Part shown: piece by piece, positions 30,959-39,614 of the stretch
How the letters are laid out: every line of letters begins with the position of its first letter
Numbering within the stretch: the stretch's first letter is position 1
Assembly: GCA_036338695.1 (NCBI GenBank)
Contig: JAYZBQ010000085.1
Span: forward strand, 1 to 56,505
Direction of reading: 5' to 3'
DNA length: 56,505 nucleotides
DNA from: Myxococcota bacterium
GTDB taxonomy: Bacteria; Myxococcota; UBA4151
The notes under the pieces: model-generated
Database searches by the model: none
Seen by the model: only the letters and a program-made list of their open reading frames with translations
Told to the model about the DNA's origin: nothing
Program-made: the position numbers and the translations under genes

Positions 30959-31672
30959 CTACCGATGGCAGGTCGTGCAGCTTTGCGGGCCAGCGATGTC
31001 TAGGTGCGCTGACTTCGCGTAGTCGCTGTACTCGCATGTGCCTTCGTTGCAGGTCTGCATCCGACGGCAGTCGTTATCTTCCTGACAGGTGCCGTCGTGC
31101 GCCGTGCCGTTGTTGGCTCGGCTCACGTAGCGGATCAGCTCGCCCTCTTCACTCCAGATCGGGGCGTTAATGTAACCCGGCTTCTGACGGTGGCAGCTCA
31201 GACACCAGCCCATGTTGAAGGTCACCTTAACACCGACCTTCTCCATTTTCTCGACCGGCCCGTGGCATGTGCTGCAGGGGATTTTCGCCGTTTTGACGTG
31301 CGGCTTGTGCGAGAAGTACACGTGGTCGGGCATGTCATGCACTTTGACCCATTCGATCGGCTTGTTCTGCTCAAAGTGTTCGGTCAGCTTCGCCAGGTGC
31401 ACCGAGTCTTTGTCGGCTCCGGCGCGCCGCTTTACCTGCGTGTGGCAGTTCATGCAGATGTTCGTGCTTGGAACGGTCGCATGACGCCCTTTCTCCACCT
31501 GCGTGTGGCAGTACTGACAGTCGATGTTCATCTCGCCTGCGTGGAGTTTGTGGCTGAACGGGATAGGCTGCTCCGGCTCGTATCCAGTACGAGGCGACCA
31601 ACCCTGTCCGGCTAGGAAAAACACCTCGCCGACGAGCAGGAGTGCGGAAATTCCCAGGAGTGCACGGATCAT
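30959..31672 (-). CDS. actA: Alternative complex III subunit A (pentaheme cytochrome c)
   Basis: N-terminal TM, QPIPFSHKLHAG, five CxxCH motifs (CQYCH, CMNCH, CSTCH, CLSCH, CTTCH). Confidence 0.93.
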   Translation of the reverse strand: MIRALLGISALLLVGEVFFLAGQGWSPRTGYEPEQPIPFSHKLHAGEMNIDCQYCHTQVEKGRHATVPSTNICMNCHTQVKRRAGADKDSVHLAKLTEHFEQNKPIEWVKVHDMPDHVYFSHKPHVKTAKIPCSTCHGPVEKMEKVGVKVTFNMGWCLSCHRQKPGYINAPIWSEEGELIRYVSRANNGTAHDGTCQEDNDCRRMQTCNEGTCEYSDYAKSAHLDIAGPQSCTTCHR

Positions 31673-31702
31673 CGTACGACACCCTTCGTTGCTAGGTTGC
31701 GC

Positions 31703-31734
31703 ATCATAGCGCTTGGGGTTCGCGCGACGCGAAC
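31703..31734 (-). promoter_or_regulatory. Candidate act operon promoter: -10 TATGAT plus a 7-3-7 palindrome
   Basis: ATCATA at 31703-31708 reads TATGAT on the minus strand. GTTCGCG-cga-CGCGAAC at 31718-31734 lies over the expected -35 region. Confidence 0.35.
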
Positions 31735-31988
31735 AGTCGACGCCGCTGCAGCGCTTTAGACATGACTCAGGTCAGTGGCAAGCAGTTCCCTACGTTTTTC
31801 CGAGGAAGACCGGCCGGGGGTGGGCGTCTTCCCGACGCCGTGACAACGGCGGATCGGCTCTTCGGATGCGCAGCGATCCTGACTCGGCTAAGACGACGGA
31901 AAGGTTGGAGCGTTTGACCGAAACGGGCGATGTGTGAGCGGTTGTCGGTCCACCGCGTTCTCGTGTAGGGGGAGCCGCAGGGAGTGCT

Positions 31989-33881
31989 ATGAGCTATCTT
32001 CGTGTCCTGATGTCGTTTGCTTTGGTGGTCTCGGCGGAGGCTTACGCCAATGATTTCCCCGAGGTGAGCATCCGCCAGGTGCGCGCCCTTAACGACGATG
32101 GCGATGGCTCGGCGCTCGAGGCGGAGCTGGTGCGGGTCACCGGCGTCACCACGACCAGTGGCCGTCAGTATGCGCCGACGTCCAACTGCGACAACCCGCC
32201 GTGCACGCCGGGAGTCGGCTTCTACCTTGACGACGGTGAGGCGGGGATTTTTGTTTGGTCGTATCTTCCGAGCGAGGGGATCGATGGCTTGACGGTGGGT
32301 CAGCGCGTCCGCGTCGGGGGATTGGTCAGAAGCTTCCAAGGTCGCCTGATGCTCACCGATTTCATCGACCCGGCTTGCAACTCGGACAGTCCGCCCGAGC
32401 GCTGCCAGGAGGGGAGCTTGCCGCGGATTGCGCCGATCATTGAGGTGCTCGAAGCCGAGGCGACGCCCCCCGAGCCTGTGGCGATGACGCTGCGTGGGTT
32501 TTTAGAGACGAGCGAGTCGATGGAGGGGCGCCTGGTGAGCATCCCGGGTGTGTTCTCGGATGATCTCTCGCAGCGGCTCCCGCGCGCAGGAACCGGCGGG
32601 TCGTTTCAGCTTCATGACGCCACGGTGCTGCCGGGGCAGACGCCGGTGCCGCTCTACATCGAGAAGACGACGGATGTGGCAGGTCAGGTCTGGCCTGAGC
32701 GGAGCCAGGCGGATCTGATCGCGATCGCCGATCAGAGCTTTCGCGGAGGCGGCGCGCCGGGCGACAACGGGCGCCAACTCCGCGCCCGCTCGTGGGCGGA
32801 CTTCAGCAACTTTCGCCCCCGCGAGGACGAGCAGTGGCCGCAAGAACGTACACCGATCGGAGACCTCCGGCCGGGAGAGGGTGAGTCGACCGGCGCCTTT
32901 GAGGGGAACCGGGTCTGGATTGAGGGCTGGCTGACCACTGAGTTTAGCACGTTCCGTGAGTCGAGGACCGGGGGCGTCGGCTTCGCCGTTCAAGATGATA
33001 CAGGCGGTGTGATCATCCGCAGCAACACGATCGACCACATCTGGGCGCCCGCAGCTGAGGGCGCGCTGGAGTGTCAGGGGAACACGGACTGCAGCGGCGG
33101 TGAACGCTGCGGGCCGCGCAGCCTCTGCCAGGAGGTGGTCGACCTGCCGGAGCTGCGCAGCGGGGTCCGAGTCCGGGTGCTGGGCAAGGTGGAGACTCGG
33201 CGTGGGCGTTTGATGATCGTGGACGCCCGGCTCGATGATCCGCTTTTGATCGAGCGGCTTGGAGCAGGGGGGGAGGGCGAGCCGGCAGAGCGGGTCTTTG
33301 CGCCGGTGGTCGTGGCGGCGCGTGAGCTCCTGATGGGCGGCGAAGCCTACGAGGGTGTCCTCCTCACCATCAAAGATCTTCACCTCGCTGACGCCAATCA
33401 GCAGCTTCCTCGGTCGGGACAGAACGGAACGTTCAGCGTGGGCGATGAGGAAAACATTCGCGTCGGCGTGCACGTCGAGCGCTTCGCCTGCACGGATGAC
33501 GAGGGTGCTCAGGTCTGTGTTAATCGGACGTCGATGTCGCTGCCGCCTGAGTCGTTCAGCGGCGAGCGACAATGGGACCTGTTCCAATTCGACGTGACGG
33601 GCATCGGCGATGAGATCACCGAGGGGGGGGGCGCAGGTCAGCGCGGGCTGATGCCTCGCTCGCCTGCGGACTTCAGCAACTTCCGTGATCGACGGCCTCC
33701 GGATGTGGTCGCCGACGCGGGCACAACCCTGCCGCCGCCCCCGCCACGCGGGGGTGGAGGGTGCGGCTGCGCTGCGCTCGGCGTGGACGCGGCGATCTGG
33801 TTGTTGGCGCCCCTCGTTATCGGCCGACGCCGCCGCAATCGACGCCTCAGCGGGGCGCGCAACCTAGACACCTCGGTCTGA
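31989..33881 (+). CDS. Surface protein with duplicated OB-fold-like units and a MYXO-CTERM-like anchor
   Basis: Signal peptide ending AYA. Two internal repeats (GVGFYLDD / GVGFAVQDD; GQRVRVGG / GVRVRVLG; RSWADFSNFR / RSPADFSNFR). Tail: Pro-rich linker, GGGGCGC, hydrophobic stretch, RRRR. Confidence 0.75.
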   Translation: MSYLRVLMSFALVVSAEAYANDFPEVSIRQVRALNDDGDGSALEAELVRVTGVTTTSGRQYAPTSNCDNPPCTPGVGFYLDDGEAGIFVWSYLPSEGIDGLTVGQRVRVGGLVRSFQGRLMLTDFIDPACNSDSPPERCQEGSLPRIAPIIEVLEAEATPPEPVAMTLRGFLETSESMEGRLVSIPGVFSDDLSQRLPRAGTGGSFQLHDATVLPGQTPVPLYIEKTTDVAGQVWPERSQADLIAIADQSFRGGGAPGDNGRQLRARSWADFSNFRPREDEQWPQERTPIGDLRPGEGESTGAFEGNRVWIEGWLTTEFSTFRESRTGGVGFAVQDDTGGVIIRSNTIDHIWAPAAEGALECQGNTDCSGGERCGPRSLCQEVVDLPELRSGVRVRVLGKVETRRGRLMIVDARLDDPLLIERLGAGGEGEPAERVFAPVVVAARELLMGGEAYEGVLLTIKDLHLADANQQLPRSGQNGTFSVGDEENIRVGVHVERFACTDDEGAQVCVNRTSMSLPPESFSGERQWDLFQFDVTGIGDEITEGGGAGQRGLMPRSPADFSNFRDRRPPDVVADAGTTLPPPPPRGGGGCGCAALGVDAAIWLLAPLVIGRRRRNRRLSGARNLDTSV

Positions 33882-33893
33882 TCAGGAGGTCAC

Positions 33894-34622
33894 ATGAAGA
33901 GCCACTTGCGATTGCTGGGTGTGTTCAGCCTGTTGGTTTTAGCCGCCTGCGGGGGGGCGTCGGTTGCGATCAACGGAGACGCAGACTTCGCAGACGCAGC
34001 AGAGCAGTTTTCAGGGGCGAGCTATGCGTGGTGGCGTTCGGCGACGCTCCAGCGTGAGACCGGTCAGATGGAGGAGCACACGCCGGCGCTGCTGGAGCTG
34101 CGCTTTACGGGGACCGAGTTGGACCCGAACGTCGACTACCGGTACGAGCCGCTCGAGCGGCGCGCTGAGACGGCGGCTCAGTGGGCGCGTTCGGCGCGGC
34201 TGGAGTTCAGCTTGAGGTCGTTCAGTGATCTCGACGGCGATGGGCAGATCGATGAGTTGGTCACGGATACGAAATACACGAACCGAGACCTCGAGGCTGA
34301 GCTCAAGCTCTTTGTTGGGCGCAGCATCACAACGGAAGCGCCGGTCCCGGGTTCGACCGCTCAAGCGGGTAGTAAGCTGACCTTCGAGGTCACCTTTACG
34401 GGCTTGGGTCGAGAGCACGGCTCGGCGGTGGCTGGGACCCTCAATGTTCAAGTCGAGCGAGACCCGGCGCGCGACGCCGAGGACGTCCGGGTGGGACAGA
34501 TGAGCTTCGAGTTTAGCTTGCCAGTGGTCTCGGAGCGGCTGGCGCAGTGCAATGAGACGACGGACTACGGCGTCACGTACGAGCGGTTTCGCGAGTGGCC
34601 TTGCGAGGGCAGCGGCGAATGA
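33894..34622 (+). CDS. Hypothetical lipoprotein
   Basis: AGGAGG RBS, lipobox LAAC; similar along its length to the next gene. Confidence 0.75.
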   Translation: MKSHLRLLGVFSLLVLAACGGASVAINGDADFADAAEQFSGASYAWWRSATLQRETGQMEEHTPALLELRFTGTELDPNVDYRYEPLERRAETAAQWARSARLEFSLRSFSDLDGDGQIDELVTDTKYTNRDLEAELKLFVGRSITTEAPVPGSTAQAGSKLTFEVTFTGLGREHGSAVAGTLNVQVERDPARDAEDVRVGQMSFEFSLPVVSERLAQCNETTDYGVTYERFREWPCEGSGE

Positions 34623-35296
34623 GGCGTCTGGTCGCGCTCGGTCTGCTCTGCGCTTGCGGCTCGGGCGACGAGCTGCCGAGCCAAGTCAGCGGAACGCTCG
34701 GTGGCGTTCAGATGGTGCTCGGTGGAGCCAGCTGGGCTTGGGTTGAACCCCGAGTCGCTGCGGGTAATGGCGCCGAGTTCAAGCCGTACACGCTGCGGCT
34801 AGAGATGACAGGTGCTCGGTTTGAGGTCACGGCGCCGCTGGATACGCTGCCACTCGAGGAGCGGCACCAGATCGCTGCGCAGGTCGCCCTGGCGGATCGG
34901 CTCAGCTTTGCGTTGTCATTGCCCGTTATGGGCGACGAGATCGAGGGCGGGGCGCGTTATGAGACCAGCGATGGTGATGGTGTCGTGGCGCTCGCTCTGG
35001 GGAGTCGCCGTGATGAGGGGGAGCCTGCGACCGCCGACAATGTCCAGCCTCAGAGCATCGGTAAGGACCGCGGCTGGGCGTTGTCGGTTGAGTCGATCTC
35101 GCAGCCGACCGCCGAGGCGCCCGGGCGGCTCAAAGGGACCCTTCAGCTAGCGATCTCGCGCCGCACGCAGGACCCGAGCGACAGCTTGACTGGAGACCTC
35201 AACGTGACGGTGGACGTGCCGGTCGTTGGGAGTTGGCTGGGTCAGTGTCAAACTCGTCTTTTGTCGGCCCCTGAGGGCCAGACCTGCCCTCGCTGA
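34619..35296 (+). CDS. Hypothetical lipoprotein, paralog of the preceding gene
   Basis: ATGA overlap, MRRLVALGLLCAC lipobox. Shared motifs GAS.AW, L..TG, PLE.R...AAQ, GTL, PVV...L.QC. Confidence 0.72.
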   Translation: MRRLVALGLLCACGSGDELPSQVSGTLGGVQMVLGGASWAWVEPRVAAGNGAEFKPYTLRLEMTGARFEVTAPLDTLPLEERHQIAAQVALADRLSFALSLPVMGDEIEGGARYETSDGDGVVALALGSRRDEGEPATADNVQPQSIGKDRGWALSVESISQPTAEAPGRLKGTLQLAISRRTQDPSDSLTGDLNVTVDVPVVGSWLGQCQTRLLSAPEGQTCPR

Positions 35297-35298
35297 TC

Positions 35299-36348
35299 AT
35301 GGCACGCGTCGCGGTAGGTCTTAGCGGAGGTGTGGACAGCTCGGTCACGGCGGCGCTGTTGCTCGAAGAAGGTCATGAGGTGATCGGCCTGAGCATGCGC
35401 CTCTACGATGCGCCCGAGAAGTCAGGCAAAAGCTGCTGCTCGCCGGATGACTTGTTCGACGCCCGGCACGTCGCCGACCGACTGGGAATACCCTTCTATG
35501 TGCTGAACTTTACCGAGGTGTTCAAGCAGACGGTGATCGATCCTTGGGCGGAAGGGTATCGCGCCGGGCGAACGCCGAATCCCTGCATACGTTGCAACGC
35601 CATCGTTAAGTTTCGAGCCCTGACCGCGCGCGCTGACGCGCTCGGAGCCGATGCGCTCGCAACGGGGCATTTCGCGCGTGTGGGCGAGGTCGATGGTCTG
35701 TGGCGCCTGGGTCGAGCTGCGAATCGCATCAAAGATCAGAGCTACTTTTTGTATCCGGTGCCCGTCGCTCGCCTACCCAAGTTTTGGTTGCCGCTCGCCG
35801 ATCTCACCAAGGCGGAGGTGCGTGAGCGAGCGGATGCGCTGGGTTTGCCGACGGCGCAAAAGAGTGAGAGCCAGGACGCCTGCTTCGTGACGCCCAATCC
35901 ACCTCATGTGGTGGTCCGCCGGCTGACCGGTGAGGACCCAGGCGAGGGGCGAATCGTCGACGAGAACGGGCGGATCCTCGGTGAGCACAAAGGCTTTGAC
36001 GCCTTCACCGTGGGGCAGCGCCGTGGGCTCGGGATGCCGGGCGGGCCGTGGTATGTCGTGGCTGTGCGCGCCGAGACCAACGAGGTCGTGGTGCGCCATG
36101 GCGGGGTGGCTGTGACGGATCGGGTCGAGTTGATGGAGATGCACTGGCACGTCACGCCGTCGGTTCAACGCGTGGGCGTGAAGCTGCGCTCAAGAGGTGA
36201 GCCTGTCGCGGCACAGTTGGTCCCCGGTGACGATGGGCGCGCGCACCTCGAGTTCGGTGAGCCCGTGGCGCGCCCTGCGCCGGGCCAGGTCGCGGTTGCC
36301 TACGATGAAGAGGAATGGATCGTGGCAGGGGGCGTGATCGCCTCCTGA
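35299..36348 (+). CDS. mnmA: tRNA 2-thiouridine(34) synthase (CxxC-type)
   Basis: SGGVDS, TPNPCIRCN, ATGHFAR, KDQSYFL, ESQDACF, TVGQRRGLG, PGQ. Confidence 0.96.
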   Translation: MARVAVGLSGGVDSSVTAALLLEEGHEVIGLSMRLYDAPEKSGKSCCSPDDLFDARHVADRLGIPFYVLNFTEVFKQTVIDPWAEGYRAGRTPNPCIRCNAIVKFRALTARADALGADALATGHFARVGEVDGLWRLGRAANRIKDQSYFLYPVPVARLPKFWLPLADLTKAEVRERADALGLPTAQKSESQDACFVTPNPPHVVVRRLTGEDPGEGRIVDENGRILGEHKGFDAFTVGQRRGLGMPGGPWYVVAVRAETNEVVVRHGGVAVTDRVELMEMHWHVTPSVQRVGVKLRSRGEPVAAQLVPGDDGRAHLEFGEPVARPAPGQVAVAYDEEEWIVAGGVIAS

Positions 36349-36526
36349 GCGGGTCGGTTGGTGCCTCAAGTTGGCTGAGGCTCGTTACCGATGCGTAGCA
36401 TTTTCGGTCAGGCGTGATCGAGCGCACAGCCAAAATTTGTCTCCTGCCTGAATCGTTTGCACAAATGAACCGTTATCAAGGACAAGGGAGTCAGCCGTTT
36501 GGGGGGCTGGCTTGCGAGCACGGGTT

Positions 36527-36542
36527 TGGCACGTTTCGTGCT
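36527..36542 (+). promoter_or_regulatory. Sigma-54 (-24/-12) promoter
   Basis: TGGCACG-TTTC-GTGCT with exact GG-N10-GC spacing, 30 nt upstream of ATG 36573, in an AT-richer intergenic region. Confidence 0.7.
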
Positions 36543-36572
36543 TCACACACTGCGGAGCGAATGGGGGACGCC

Positions 36573-36761
36573 ATGAACAGGAAGCGGACGCAGCGACCAG
36601 CGAGACCTGACCGGCAGCCGGCGAAGCGGCGTGAGGTCGAACTCGAGATGCCCGTTGCCCCACGTGACGAGGCGCCTCGTGTACGGCGATCGGATGATGA
36701 AGCCGAGCGTGGTGAGGTGATCATCGATCTGTTCGGCTCGGACGACACCTTCACCATCTAG
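36573..36761 (+). CDS. Small charged hypothetical protein (62 aa)
   Basis: GGGGGA RBS, ATG 36573, upstream sigma-54 motif; ends RGEVIIDLFGSDDTFTI. Confidence 0.6.
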   Translation: MNRKRTQRPARPDRQPAKRREVELEMPVAPRDEAPRVRRSDDEAERGEVIIDLFGSDDTFTI

Positions 36762-36857
36762 ACAGCGACCAACCGAGGCCGCTGGTTGCACAAGCGCGGC
36801 GGAAAATTGCCATCGCCCCCTGTTCGGCTGCATACTGCCGCCTGCGGAGGCGCGGTC

Positions 36858-39614
36858 ATGGTGACGACGAGCAAGGCTTGCGAGGCTTGCGGATACACTC
36901 ATAACCCCGAAGATGCGCAGTTCTGCGCCAACTGTGGTTTGCAGTACCAACAAACTGACCTTCGGGTCGCAGCTACGGTCGGCGACGACATCCGTTTGGT
37001 GACCACGTTGTTCGCCGACGTGCGCGGCTTTACGCGCTTGAGTGAGCGGCATGAGCCGGAGGCCATCCGCGAGATCCTTAACGGTTGCTTTGAGGGGTTG
37101 GCTGCCTGCGTGCGCCGCTTTGGTGGCACCGTGGACAAGTACATCGGCGATTGCTTGATGGCGCTCTTCGGCGCGCCGACGAGCCACGGTAACGACCCTG
37201 AGCGTGCGGTCCGCGCAGCCATCGCCATGCAAGCCTTTATGGAAGACTACAGCCAGCGTGTCCTGGCGCGTCATGGGCATCACCTCGCGATCCGGATCGG
37301 GATCTCGACGGGTAAGGTGTTCGCAGGTTGGGTGGGTGATCAAAAGCTCCGCTCGTATACGGTCATCGGAGACGCCGTCAACACAGCTGAGCGGATCGAA
37401 AACGCAGCGCCGAGCGGCGGGATTCTGCTCAGCGAAGCGACCTATCGCCACGTGCGCGGGCTGTTCGACGCAGAAGCGCTGGATCCCATCACGGTGAAGG
37501 GCAAAAGCGAGCCCGTGCCCGTTTATCGGGTGCGTGGTGATGGTCAGCGCCGCGCCGTTCGGATCGGGGTGCGCACGCTCTATGGCGTGCAAGTCGACAT
37601 GATCGGTCGCGAGACGGAGATCGACGCCCTCATCCAGCAGTGGAACCTGGTTCGCACCGAGCGCTCGGTGGGAGCCGTCACGGCGATCGGGGCGGAAGGG
37701 CTCGGTAAGTCTCGCCTTGTCCACGAGTTTTTGAAGCACCTCGCGGCGGAAGGTGAGTCCCAGCAGTTCTTGATCGGTAACTGCACACCCCACGGGCAGA
37801 CACCGCTCGAAGCCTTTGCAAAGATGGTGCTCGGTTTAGCCCGTATTCCGAGGCGAGCGAGCATGACGATGGCGCGCGCTCGGATGCGGCAGCTGTGCCG
37901 CGGGGCGATCGCAGACTCAAAGCGCGCAGACCAAGTCGCCGATGACCTGCTGCTCATGACCGGATTCTTGCCGGCTCGAGAGGGTGACTGGCGAGCCACG
38001 CGCCAGAATTTGTTCGGGGCGCTGCGCGACCTGCTCTTGGGGATGGCGCGGGAGGTCCCGCTTTTTCTCGTGCTCGAGGACCTGCATTGGTCCAGCGGCT
38101 TATCTCGAGAGCTGATCCAGTATCTTGGTGAGGAGCTCGCCGAGGTCCCCGTGATGTTCTTCTGTTTGGCTCGACCGAGTTTTCTCGATGAGGAGCCGAA
38201 CTGGCTCGAGCGGCTCCCCAAGCACCGTCTGCTCGAGCTTCAGCCGCTCTCGACAGACGCAGGCGAGCGGCTCGTCGCTCACTTACTGCGTCACCTCGAA
38301 GGCCCCGTGGAAAGCCTCATTCAAGAGGTGGCGCGGCGCAGCGACGGCAACCCATTCTACGCCGAAGAGATCATCCGTGACCTCGTTGACCGTGGCGTCG
38401 TGGCGATTGAAGGGCCTACGCGCTGGACGCTCACCGGCGACGCCGAAACGGTCGAGGTGCCCTCGACGGTGGAGGGCGTCTTGCAGGCTCGCCTTGACCG
38501 CCTCTCGTCGCAGGCTCGCGAGGTGTTGCACCGCGCCGCCGTGGTGGGCCGAACGTTCTGGCGAGGCAGCTTGGTCGCCTTGGGGTGTGACGACCGCCAC
38601 CTAGACCATCACCTCGATGAGCTGCAGCGGCGCGAGCTCGTGTTCAAGCGCGGCGAGTCGGTGATTCATGGGGACACCGAGTACATCTTCAAGCAGACGC
38701 TGGTACGCGACGTCGCCTACGCGAACTTGCTGCGCAGCCAGCGGATGCACCACCACCAAGCGGTCGCGCAGTGGCTCGCCAAGCATCGCCATGGACGCGG
38801 CGACGACTTCATGCTTGGGCACCACTTCGAGCGAGGCGATCGCCCGGAGTCCGCTGTGCTCGCCTATCTCGGGGCTGCCAACGCCGCGCTGGATTCGAAC
38901 GCATTGGAAGAGGCGCTTGCGGTGCACAGCCGGGCGCTGACCATCGCCGAGCGTCATCCCGAGGTCGAGGTGACGCCGCCGTGGTCCGCCACGAGCTTGC
39001 CAGCCGACTCGGTCGTTTTGTTAGGCCGTGCTCGTGCGCATTTCGAGCATGACGATTTTGACGCTGCGCTTGAGGATCTCGAGCGCGTCGAGCGCTCGCT
39101 CCAGCGCAGTGGTCGCGTGGCGGGTTTGGCGCGTTGCCTTGCGCTCAGGGGTGAGGTCTTGCTCGCCGCAGGGGGAGACGGGGTCCGCTCCGAAGAGGTC
39201 GGTGATCTTGCGATCTGCGCACGTGACCTGGCGCGCGCTGCGGGTGATCTCCGGGCGGAGTTTGCGTCTCGCCTTCTGGCAGGACGTCACCACCTCGCCA
39301 AGGGGCAGCGAGCCGCTGCCTCCGCTGAACTCGACGCGCTCCTCGGTCTCGCCGAGGGGGGGATCGCCAGCGCAGATGAGCGCTTGGAATTGTCGGGGTA
39401 TCACGCAGAAGCCTTGATCGCGACGGGCGACTTCGGGCGCGCCGAATGGGTCTTGCGTGAGGGGCTCCATGAGCTCGGCGGTGAGAGCGGAAGCAGCCGC
39501 CAGATCGCTCGGCTGCTCGCCCAGTTGGCTAAGGTCATGTATACGCGCGGCGAGGCCTCGGATGCCCGCTACCTCGAGCAGCGCGCCTTACGACAGCTCA
39601 CGGCGTCGGCGTAA
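36858..39614 (+). CDS. Zinc ribbon + class III adenylate/guanylate cyclase + STAND NTPase + TPR-like protein
   Basis: CEACG..FCANCG; FADVRGFT, DKYIGD, YTVIGDAVNTAERIE; Walker A GAEGLGKS; Walker B LVLEDLHW; GNPFY; ARLDRL. ATG 36858 follows GGAGG. Confidence 0.9.
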   Translation: MVTTSKACEACGYTHNPEDAQFCANCGLQYQQTDLRVAATVGDDIRLVTTLFADVRGFTRLSERHEPEAIREILNGCFEGLAACVRRFGGTVDKYIGDCLMALFGAPTSHGNDPERAVRAAIAMQAFMEDYSQRVLARHGHHLAIRIGISTGKVFAGWVGDQKLRSYTVIGDAVNTAERIENAAPSGGILLSEATYRHVRGLFDAEALDPITVKGKSEPVPVYRVRGDGQRRAVRIGVRTLYGVQVDMIGRETEIDALIQQWNLVRTERSVGAVTAIGAEGLGKSRLVHEFLKHLAAEGESQQFLIGNCTPHGQTPLEAFAKMVLGLARIPRRASMTMARARMRQLCRGAIADSKRADQVADDLLLMTGFLPAREGDWRATRQNLFGALRDLLLGMAREVPLFLVLEDLHWSSGLSRELIQYLGEELAEVPVMFFCLARPSFLDEEPNWLERLPKHRLLELQPLSTDAGERLVAHLLRHLEGPVESLIQEVARRSDGNPFYAEEIIRDLVDRGVVAIEGPTRWTLTGDAETVEVPSTVEGVLQARLDRLSSQAREVLHRAAVVGRTFWRGSLVALGCDDRHLDHHLDELQRRELVFKRGESVIHGDTEYIFKQTLVRDVAYANLLRSQRMHHHQAVAQWLAKHRHGRGDDFMLGHHFERGDRPESAVLAYLGAANAALDSNALEEALAVHSRALTIAERHPEVEVTPPWSATSLPADSVVLLGRARAHFEHDDFDAALEDLERVERSLQRSGRVAGLARCLALRGEVLLAAGGDGVRSEEVGDLAICARDLARAAGDLRAEFASRLLAGRHHLAKGQRAAASAELDALLGLAEGGIASADERLELSGYHAEALIATGDFGRAEWVLREGLHELGGESGSSRQIARLLAQLAKVMYTRGEASDARYLEQRALRQLTASA

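Noticed and set aside
31767..31937. Small ORFs in the actA divergent intergenic region
   Set aside because: No RBS, atypical composition, and overlap with a probable promoter region.
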